Positions 28,878 to 35,994 of a stretch of 64,000 nucleotides of DNA are shown one piece after another. The translations under genes were made by a program, and so were the position numbers. Location of the stretch: the NCBI GenBank assembly GCA_016193315.1, contig JACPSJ010000001.1:791478-855477 (forward strand). The letters run 5' to 3'. How positions within the stretch are numbered: position 1 is the stretch's first letter; every line of letters begins with the position of its first letter. Under the pieces are notes generated by a model. It was given only the letters and a program-made list of their open reading frames with translations. It was not told the DNA's origin and did not search any database. Source of the DNA: Candidatus Kerfeldbacteria bacterium (GTDB lineage Bacteria > Patescibacteriota > Patescibacteriia > SBBC01 > CAIJZX01).

Positions 28878-28927
28878 CCCCATCAGAAATTATTACGTGG
28901 GCAGTCAGCAATGAAGTGGACTGCCAA

Positions 28928-29494
28928 CTATTGCATAGTGAACTGGGGCGAGTAGACGTATCGGGCATCTGGGAGCAACCAATCGTGTTCGTCCACCTGT
29001 CGGCCACGGAGAAAGGGAACTGCTATCCGGTAGACACCTGTCGGGGCCTGGCCGTAAACTTCCCCCAGCTGATTTACGCGAATCAGTCCGTCCCACTGGG
29101 CCGTCTTGAGATCGTGGCGGGGAAATTCGGCCGACCCAAAGCTGGCCGCTTCACAGGTTTGGCCAGTCAGGTTGACGGCCGCCGAGGCATCATCCTCTAC
29201 CTGCTCCAATCGCCACCACGAGGTCGCACAGCCGTCGGCCCGCTCCGCCAGCCAAATCTTCACTGGGCTATTGTTGCGGAGCGAAATGAGCACCGGTTCA
29301 CCGGGCTGATAAACATCTTTGTCAACCCGCAGCAGAAGCCGGACTCCGCGCGGCAACGGCGGCGGCGCTGTTTCGTCGACCTGCGCACCGAGAATCTCGT
29401 TCGAGGCCTGAAAGATTAATAACAGCATGATCCCCCACCCCAGCAGCAGGGCGATGACCACCGCAAAGCTTACCCGTTGGGTGACTATCGCCAT
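28928..29494 (-). CDS. membrane-anchored hypothetical Ig-like protein
   Basis: TM, then DKDVYQPGEPV.I.L.N..W....G.YRI beta-sandwich pattern. Confidence 0.7.
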   Translation of the reverse strand: MAIVTQRVSFAVVIALLLGWGIMLLLIFQASNEILGAQVDETAPPPLPRGVRLLLRVDKDVYQPGEPVLISLRNNSPVKIWLAERADGCATSWWRLEQVEDDASAAVNLTGQTCEAASFGSAEFPRHDLKTAQWDGLIRVNQLGEVYGQAPTGVYRIAVPFLRGRQVDEHDWLLPDARYVYSPQFTMQ

Positions 29495-30382
29495 TTAGGA
29501 TGTTAATAAGTCGCTGAGACTGTGGAATTCGTAGCCCTTAGCCTTGAGATCCCGAATGATCAGACCAACTGCCTGGGGGGTGACATCGAACCCGGCGCTG
29601 AGCATAATGATGGCCCCCGGCTTCGCCTTATCGACTACCCGTTTCCGTACCTGGTCCGCGGTCATCCCCTCTTGCCAGTCGAAGGCATCAACCGTCCAAA
29701 GAATAGTGCAGTAGCCTTGGCTTTTGGCCGTGGCGACTACCGACTCATTACTGTCACCGTAGGGCGGCCGGAGGAACGGTTTTGAGGATCGGCCGGTCGC
29801 GGCGCTAATGGCTTGGTCGGCCTTGGCTAACTGGTCCACGACCTCGCCCTCGGTCAGCGACGTCAAGCGGGGGTTATCGTAGGTTCGATTGTAGATACCG
29901 AAACCGGCGCGGGCCAGGTTGGCCACAAAGTCCTGGTGTTGCTCAGCCACCCGGCCGCTGACGAAGAAAGTGCCGGCCGTATTCTGTTGAGTTAAGAGGT
30001 CAGCCACCTCGAGTGCCTGGTCGTTCGTCGCCACCAGGTTGAACGTCAGGCTGACCGCTGATGTGGTACCGGATTGTGAGATCGGACCGGCGCATCGATC
30101 AACGGAAAATGTGGCCACGTCAGGTGGGTTGATCGGGCCCGAGGCCGCGTTGGTGTTGGCCGCGGCATTCGTATTGCTGTTCGTATTCGTGTTGCCATTG
30201 GCCCGGTCTGAAAGTAGCGAGACTTCGTTGTCGTTGTTGGCATTTGGGGACGGACTACCGCTGAAGAGGGCCCGACCAAGAACGATAATCATCAAGGCGC
30301 CGATGGTCCATACTCCAATCCGACGCCAGCGAGAAGCGCTGGAGACTCCACGGCGCGGTTGATAGCGAAGGTAGTCAGCCAT
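29495..30382 (-). CDS. polysaccharide deacetylase (CE4/NodB) homolog, degenerate active site
   Basis: TFF, LRPPYG, ILWTVD..DW, PGAII retained; TFDD replaced by TFNL and HxxxH by RTYDN. Confidence 0.85.
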   Translation of the reverse strand: MADYLRYQPRRGVSSASRWRRIGVWTIGALMIIVLGRALFSGSPSPNANNDNEVSLLSDRANGNTNTNSNTNAAANTNAASGPINPPDVATFSVDRCAGPISQSGTTSAVSLTFNLVATNDQALEVADLLTQQNTAGTFFVSGRVAEQHQDFVANLARAGFGIYNRTYDNPRLTSLTEGEVVDQLAKADQAISAATGRSSKPFLRPPYGDSNESVVATAKSQGYCTILWTVDAFDWQEGMTADQVRKRVVDKAKPGAIIMLSAGFDVTPQAVGLIIRDLKAKGYEFHSLSDLLTS

Positions 30383-30971
30383 TGATCAACGCCGAGTTGG
30401 CGGCCCGTTGACGTTGTCCTAAGTATAGCACAACCGTGTGGTGGAGACCAAAGAAGAGACCGCTGTAGAATAGATCGCCGAGGAGCGTGTAGCGGAAGAA
30501 CGGCCAGCCAGCGACATAGGCCGCGACCAAGCCCGGCCAGGTGTGCGGGTAGAGTGTCCCGAACCACCACACCGCCGCGTTCGTCACCAAGAAGAAAAAC
30601 GCCGCCCCAGCCAACGCCGCCCCAGCCAGGCGCCGCCACCCTCTCGGCCCCAGGCTCAGGCTTTCTGGCCGGTGCCGAACCCAGAACCCCAGGGCGCAGC
30701 TGACGAGAAAGCTGCCGTAGACCGAGATCATGATCGGCCACGAGTAGAAACCAATCGCCATATCGCTGATAAACATCAACCCGAGCGGGACAATAACCGC
30801 CAGACGCCGCGGGAGGTAAGCGCTGCTGAACATCGCTAAGGCGCTGACCGGCGCGAAATTCGGTGGCAAATCAATCAGCCCATAATGACGGAGCACTCGC
30901 AGGCTGGCCCCACCCAGGATCAGGAAGAGGACAAACCACCATCGCCAACGGTTGGCCTGCCGCGTGGTCAT
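30375..30971 (-). CDS. DUF6580-type membrane protein, putative cobalamin S-component
   Basis: PPNFAPV.ALAMF..PL..MFISD..FFLVTN.AVW..Y..G.PFF..TLLGDL.Y; lies downstream of a B12 riboswitch. Confidence 0.8.
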   Translation of the reverse strand: MTTRQANRWRWWFVLFLILGGASLRVLRHYGLIDLPPNFAPVSALAMFSSAYLPRRLAVIVPLGLMFISDMAIGFYSWPIMISVYGSFLVSCALGFWVRHRPESLSLGPRGWRRLAGAALAGAAFFFLVTNAAVWWFGTLYPHTWPGLVAAYVAGWPFFRYTLLGDLFYSGLFFGLHHTVVLYLGQRQRAANSALING

Positions 30972-31597
30972 GGTTTTGGACCAAGCACCCAGGAGACGAG
31001 CATCGTGTCGCCAGCCGTTAATTCCGCGGCGGCTAGATCAATAACCTCCTGCCCATTGAGTCTGATGTCCCAGTGCCCGCGGCCGGCATTCGGGAGACCA
31101 AGAAACTGATCCAGGTATGTGCTGTCCCCCCGACTGCGGTATGACATTTCTTGGCGTCGTTCCGCTGCGACCTGAGCTAGTGCTTCGAGGAGATGACCGG
31201 TCTTCGTCACCACCGTCCGGCGCTCGACAAGCCCAGGGGTCACGACCTCAACGCTGACCCCCAGCGGTTGCGTAGTGTGCGCGCCGAGCACGGATCCTGA
31301 CCAGCGATGATTTCTGACACCGGGACGCACCAAGGGCCCCAAGAAGGCGGTACTCATCCCCACCGCCAGCAGCGCCGACCAAGCCCAAACGCGCCAATCC
31401 CGTCCGGCCGTGACCGAACGACGCCCCTCACCGACGGTAACGACTGCCGCCAGCCTTGCTCGTGCCGGCGCCACCGCGGCCCGATGGTGGACCTGGTGAG
31501 CGACAACGGCCGTCGAAACGCGCGCTCGAGTCGGTCTAGAACTTCTCAAGTTTCCACTCGATCGTGTCGCGGCTCTTCGTTTGGTACTCTTTGGCAC
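30968..31597 (-). CDS. TM-anchored DUF4430-like (transcobalamin C-terminal-like) protein
   Basis: LLEAL..YLDQFLGL.N..HWDIRLNG..AAE..L..GD....W. Start uncertain. Confidence 0.6.
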   Translation of the reverse strand: MPKSTKRRAATRSSGNLRSSRPTRARVSTAVVAHQVHHRAAVAPARARLAAVVTVGEGRRSVTAGRDWRVWAWSALLAVGMSTAFLGPLVRPGVRNHRWSGSVLGAHTTQPLGVSVEVVTPGLVERRTVVTKTGHLLEALAQVAAERRQEMSYRSRGDSTYLDQFLGLPNAGRGHWDIRLNGQEVIDLAAAELTAGDTMLVSWVLGPKP

Positions 31598-31913
31598 CGA
31601 CGTCGGCTAGTTTGCCATTGACGTAAAAGGCCCAGTATTCACGATCGCCGGGCGGCCGGCTGTCAATGGCGTTGACGAATCCCTGGTCCGAAACATCGAC
31701 CTGGTGTTCGGCTTGGAGCAGTTCGAGGGCGTTCTTACCATCCTCCCCGGCGTAGCGGACCCCCTGGGCCTGGTTGGCCTTGGCATTCGCGGCGTTGACA
31801 TTGCTGTCACCTTGCGAGTTAGTGCTGACCTTGACAGTTTGGGTGAAGGAACAGCCGGCGCCGAGCAAGAAAATGCTCAGAACGACGGATGGGATGATTT
31901 TCTTCGTGTTCAC
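31536..31913 (-). CDS. DUF4430 lipoprotein, putative B12-binding
   Basis: Lipobox LGAGC; NALELL..GFVNAID..YWAFYVNGK.ADVGAKEY..D.IEW. Confidence 0.85.
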   Translation of the reverse strand: MNTKKIIPSVVLSIFLLGAGCSFTQTVKVSTNSQGDSNVNAANAKANQAQGVRYAGEDGKNALELLQAEHQVDVSDQGFVNAIDSRPPGDREYWAFYVNGKLADVGAKEYQTKSRDTIEWKLEKF

Positions 31914-31974
31914 GGCATGATGAACAATGAATAAAGTTCCCGCCGTCGTAGAACTGCAGGGATCAATGAGATCC

Positions 31975-32079
31975 GTGCCTTTCCACGAAGGACTTGTCTT
32001 TAGGGCCGATCGACATTCGACCCAGGTGTCGGACTATACCGCGGCGGGACCGTTCCGGGATTCAACCGGATTACCTTGT
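31975..32079 (-). ncRNA. cobalamin riboswitch (compact class II-like)
   Basis: AAGGTAA-TCCGG-TTGAATC-CCGGA-A-CGG-TCCCG-CCG-CGG-TATAGT-CCG-ACACCT, plus downstream CCTTC-GTG-GAAAGG P13-like hairpin; sits upstream of B12-uptake-type genes. Confidence 0.85.
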
Positions 32080-32085
32080 GGATTG

Positions 32086-32114
32086 ATTGTACGTGCTTCT
32101 CATCAACTGGTCAA
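32086..32114 (-). promoter_or_regulatory. sigma70 promoter of riboswitch operon
   Basis: TTGACC-N17-TACAAT. Confidence 0.7.
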
Positions 32115-32358
32115 TGCGATCCAGCAATAAACGGTCCAATAAAGAAGAATCGGGCTATGCCGAGCGTCAGGAATGCAAGCGTTAAGGTAAACACTTGGTA
32201 GACCTTTCCAATCCGATCGTCGTCAGGGCGATGGCAAAAGTAAAGAGAGCGAGCATTGCCACCCACCACATGCCCTCACCCGGACGCAGAGCAAACTGCC
32301 AGGTTAAAATGATACCGATCGCACTCACTAGGAGTATGTATATATTAGAGTTTTTCAT
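32111..32358 (-). pseudogene. small 3-TM protein, apparently frameshifted
   Basis: MKNSNIYILLVSAIGIILTWQF..WWVAMLALFTFAIALT stops at codon 59; a third helix (RIGKVYQVFTLTLAFLTLGIARFFFIGPF) lies in another frame. Confidence 0.4.
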
Positions 32359-32391
32359 TTTATCGTCGAATCCGGCTCGTGGCGCTCCGTG

Positions 32392-34434
32392 TTATTCTTC
32401 GATTGTTTGCTTACCCGGGGCGGCGGAACGGTAGGTCAACCTAAGATTCGCGGATGATGTCAGCGCCGGGTCGAATGTATTCTGTGCGGTAAAGCTGTAC
32501 GCAGCCGAACCTTCCGGCGACCCTTCCTTCGGCGTCAGTGTATACCAGACCGCATCCGTCTGCCCGGCGGCGATCGATAACTGTGTGGCATTCGATCGGA
32601 CCGTCCAACCAGCGGTCAATGCCGGGTCCGGTTGAACGACGACGCTTGAAGCCGGGCAGGCGCCTGTATCATGATTGGTAACCAGCATTTGCACTGAAAC
32701 CGACGTCTGGCCGGTGCTCCGATCCAGCCCGGCGCTAGCCGGCTGGAAAATCGCGGTTGGTGCTTGCTCGACACACGGAGTTCCGCTGAATTGAATCTCA
32801 ATATCCGTGCCTTCGGGCGAAACCGCCACCGTCCGAAGCGTAGCCAGGCCGAATGTCCGAGATTGCCCGGCCGGTAGCGGTGCGTTATACAAATCGGAAT
32901 AGTCGTTCGGTCCGATGCTCGGTTGCCCGTTCCACAGAAGGTTAGGAGTAAAATCCAGCAGGTACGACGAGTCATCCGGCGGGGCGAACTGATTCCGAAC
33001 TTCGTGGTGGATGAGCGGTCCGGTCGCCCCGCCGTAGTTCCGCAAAAAGCCAAAAGCATCATTGTCGAATCCAATCGGCTGGCGAAATTCGAGATACAGA
33101 TATTCGTGCGTGTTAGCTCCCACCGGAACGCGGAGAAGTTTGACGCCGGACGAGGCCGTTTCAAGGGGTTCGATGTGATACGTACCGCTTTGCGTGATCG
33201 TCTGAACCCGGTCGTTCTGAAGCCACCCCAGCCGCCGCTTGTGCGGGCCGGTGTGGTGGAAGTACCCGGCGAACGGGCTGTACGGCTCGAATTTCTTCAA
33301 ACATCCAAACGGCGCATAGATTTCGGTGTGGCATTCCCACGCCCAGGCATGATCCAGTCCAAGATTATGGCTTAGCTCGTGGATCATCGTGTAATTCCCG
33401 GTTTGCATCGCTTGCGTCGTCACGACGTACGCAACGGTCAGAGATACGTCCCCATCTTGCGTCTGGAACGGTTGCGGCACGAATGATGAGTTGCCAGTGT
33501 AACCGCATGACAAGGTGTGTGGAGCCAAAACAAGGACATCCGTGTACGCGCCGTAGTCGATTGATGCATCGGCCGCGGCAATCGCCGCTAGCTCGACTGT
33601 GTGTTCGTTACACGTCGCGTTGAGATTGAGCGGAAACCAGCCGAACACATCTCCAGACAGCTCAAGACGGGCATAGGAGCTTTCACCGAACTGGGAAGCG
33701 ACGGACGCCGGGCCGGTCAGGACGAATGCATTGACTTGAGCCGGAGTCCATGATTGCTCGAGCATATCCGAGAAACGACCCATAATCACCGCCAGCTTTC
33801 TGGACGTCGCGGCTTGCGGCTGGATCGTGACCGACTGCGTTTCGTCGATACTGACCGCCAAAAAGCGATCGTCAACCAGAAATCCTTCGACGGTCACGCT
33901 TTCGGCTGGCTTGATCGCTTGCAACACCGCATCATCCCCGACCACCCGGACGTTTTTATTATCGGCGACGATATATTGCCGGCGTCCACTCGTGTGGCGC
34001 GCGGTATCATCCCAATGGCGGAATGCCCAGGTTCCGGTCATTGATGTCCGCTGGTCTATCCGGGTGCCCAGACTTTGCGCCAGTTTTTGTTCTTGCGCGG
34101 CCGTCAACAATCCCCGGAGCGCATCCTGCGGTTTAGTCCTGACCAGCGATCGGAACACGGCTCGCCGGCGTTCAGCCGCCTGCTGCAATTGTTTTTCTGC
34201 TTCGGCCCGGCTGGCACCGGAACTCACATTCCATTGAGTATACGCGGCCAGTAATGCTACGTTTTGTTGTCGCAATCCCTCCTCAGAATTACGAAGGGTC
34301 GGCGAAGTACGAAACTGCAACCAGGCGACGTAGCCGGCCGCAGCCGAACCGAAAATCCCCAGTGTGATCAGTAAGATCGGCACAACGAGACGAAGTTTAA
34401 TTTTTTCACGAATCGTTGGCACGGGCTGGAACAT
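32392..34434 (-). CDS. membrane-anchored metzincin metalloprotease (M11/M6-like) with C-terminal Ig-like domain
   Basis: HELSHNLGLDH zinc motif, HK.RLGW, YLEFRQ.IGFD; N-terminal TM. Confidence 0.85.
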   Translation of the reverse strand: MFQPVPTIREKIKLRLVVPILLITLGIFGSAAAGYVAWLQFRTSPTLRNSEEGLRQQNVALLAAYTQWNVSSGASRAEAEKQLQQAAERRRAVFRSLVRTKPQDALRGLLTAAQEQKLAQSLGTRIDQRTSMTGTWAFRHWDDTARHTSGRRQYIVADNKNVRVVGDDAVLQAIKPAESVTVEGFLVDDRFLAVSIDETQSVTIQPQAATSRKLAVIMGRFSDMLEQSWTPAQVNAFVLTGPASVASQFGESSYARLELSGDVFGWFPLNLNATCNEHTVELAAIAAADASIDYGAYTDVLVLAPHTLSCGYTGNSSFVPQPFQTQDGDVSLTVAYVVTTQAMQTGNYTMIHELSHNLGLDHAWAWECHTEIYAPFGCLKKFEPYSPFAGYFHHTGPHKRRLGWLQNDRVQTITQSGTYHIEPLETASSGVKLLRVPVGANTHEYLYLEFRQPIGFDNDAFGFLRNYGGATGPLIHHEVRNQFAPPDDSSYLLDFTPNLLWNGQPSIGPNDYSDLYNAPLPAGQSRTFGLATLRTVAVSPEGTDIEIQFSGTPCVEQAPTAIFQPASAGLDRSTGQTSVSVQMLVTNHDTGACPASSVVVQPDPALTAGWTVRSNATQLSIAAGQTDAVWYTLTPKEGSPEGSAAYSFTAQNTFDPALTSSANLRLTYRSAAPGKQTIEE

Positions 34435-34440
34435 GCGGCA

Positions 34441-35019
34441 TTAGTAGTCTAATCCCCTCGTCGCAATAATTCCCTTGTAATACGGATGCTTGATCATTTT
34501 CATCTCCGTCACCAAGTCAGCATATTTCAACATCCATTTGATTTTCTGGTGGCCGGTCCAAATGAGGTGAACCATTTTCGCTTTCTTGTCCTGAGCTCGG
34601 TCTTTCAAGAACTTTTCCACCGGTTGTCGATCCAGGATTTGTTCTTCCACTGCCGACCCGAGTTCGTCAGCCACAACGAGTTGGTATTGTCCGGAAAAAA
34701 CTTTTTTCCGCAGCACAGCTAAGGCTTTCAACGCGGCGGCCTGATGCTGCTCTTCCGGTTTGCGGTCATTAAGAATCTTGTAGAACCCTTCGCCGAGCAC
34801 CAGAACTTCAACCCCCAGTTTCCGCAGACTCTGCCGTTCCCCGCTCGGCCATGGCGGTGATTTCATGAATTGGATGAAACTCACCCGCCAGCCGTAGCCG
34901 GCGGCACGCACTGCTACGCCGACTGCGGCCGTTGTCTTCCCTTTTCCATCACCAATGTAAGCGTGCGTTAGACCCCTGTCGGCCGGCCGGAGTTTCTTTG
35001 GGGCTTTATGTACGGGCAT
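34441..35019 (-). CDS. cobO: cob(I)alamin adenosyltransferase CobO/BtuR
   Basis: GDGKGKTTAA.G..RAAG.G..IQFMK, ADEL, TG..ADLVTEM..KHPY.KG..G.DY. Confidence 0.92.
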   Translation of the reverse strand: MPVHKAPKKLRPADRGLTHAYIGDGKGKTTAAVGVAVRAAGYGWRVSFIQFMKSPPWPSGERQSLRKLGVEVLVLGEGFYKILNDRKPEEQHQAAALKALAVLRKKVFSGQYQLVVADELGSAVEEQILDRQPVEKFLKDRAQDKKAKMVHLIWTGHQKIKWMLKYADLVTEMKMIKHPYYKGIIATRGLDY

Positions 35020-35500
35020 GATGCACAAATAAACGAATGGCCGCCCGCCCATGCGGCGTGGTTTTCGCGTCCGGCATCCGTTGGATATCATCAACCGATA
35101 ACCAGCTTCCGCCGGCCGAATGAACAGTGTTGATTCGCGGTATCGTGTCACCCTGGCCAACATAGAATGTCACCAGCTCGTTCTCAGTCTCGTCTTCAAT
35201 GTGTTCTTCGCCAAGGAATTCTAGTTTCACATCCAGTCCTAAAAAATCTTTTAGCGCCTCGGTCGCCGCCGGCTCGGGACTTTGCCCGGCGAACACATGT
35301 TGTCCAACCGAGCTCGACCACCTGCCGGGAGAGAGTTCTTTGTCGCCCGCGCGTTGGCGTAAGAAAACTCGGCCGGCTTGATCGAAAATCAAAATATGCA
35401 CGGCGCGGTGCAAGAGATGCTGGGCATGAACCTGGCTTCCCGACCGGGTGCGTGGAATCGCTTCCCCGATGACCACCAGCGGTTTCTCAAAATCGGACAT
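35006..35500 (-). CDS. Nudix-fold protein (IDI/YfcD-like), degenerate Nudix box
   Basis: VH..LLHRAVHILIF..G..LRQR..K..PGRW.SSVG.HV; box reads ATEALKDFLG. Confidence 0.8.
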   Translation of the reverse strand: MSDFEKPLVVIGEAIPRTRSGSQVHAQHLLHRAVHILIFDQAGRVFLRQRAGDKELSPGRWSSSVGQHVFAGQSPEPAATEALKDFLGLDVKLEFLGEEHIEDETENELVTFYVGQGDTIPRINTVHSAGGSWLSVDDIQRMPDAKTTPHGRAAIRLFVHHART

Positions 35501-35545
35501 CTGGGATGTTAGAATTCTCCCTGATGACGAAGTTGGCGGCTCGGG

Positions 35546-35896
35546 TTATAGTTTTATTTTCTCACTCAACCGATACACCAAAGGAATCTCATACCGCCGA
35601 CCGCGCCAGGCGTTGAGAAACCCAACGATCATCGCCACCCAGACCAGGAAACCGAGGATCCAGCCTAAGATGGGGATGATCCAGACGAGGTGGGCGATAA
35701 GAAGTACTAGTCCCTGCTTGGCGTGAAATTTTACAAAGTCGTCTTTTGGCCTGGCCAAAAGCATAACCAAGCTGACGATCCAAGCGTACGACAAGGCGGC
35801 CAGCAGATTTTGATCGCTGGTGGGCGGAATTTTGTCTACTTCTTTCTTGATTTCTTCCTTCACCTTTTGGGTTTTTGATGGTTTTGGGTCGGGCAT
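35546..35896 (-). CDS. DUF4870-type membrane protein
   Basis: LAALSY..FVKFHAKQGLVL..IPILGW..A..G..YEIP. Confidence 0.85.
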   Translation of the reverse strand: MPDPKPSKTQKVKEEIKKEVDKIPPTSDQNLLAALSYAWIVSLVMLLARPKDDFVKFHAKQGLVLLIAHLVWIIPILGWILGFLVWVAMIVGFLNAWRGRRYEIPLVYRLSEKIKL

Positions 35897-35913
35897 ATTG
35901 GTACTATACCACA

Positions 35914-35974
35914 ACCCTCCCCCTGTGGCCCCCTCCCCATGCCGCAGGCATGGGGAGGGGGCTGGGGGTGGGGG
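35914..35974. repeat. GC-rich REP-like palindrome downstream of nrdJ
   Basis: Perfect 16-bp stem GCCCCCTCCCCATGCC-GCA-GGCATGGGGAGGGGGC (35928-35962) with imperfect extension; no U-tract on the minus strand. Confidence 0.75.
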
Positions 35975-35994
35975 TGTTTTGGTTCAAATGCGCG

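Noticed and set aside
35020-35163. N-terminal extensions of cobO (also glmS, HIT, DUF2079 copy 3 and the giant adhesin) in the ORF track
   Set aside because: They overlap upstream genes or precede the conserved start; downstream ATGs fit the family N-termini.
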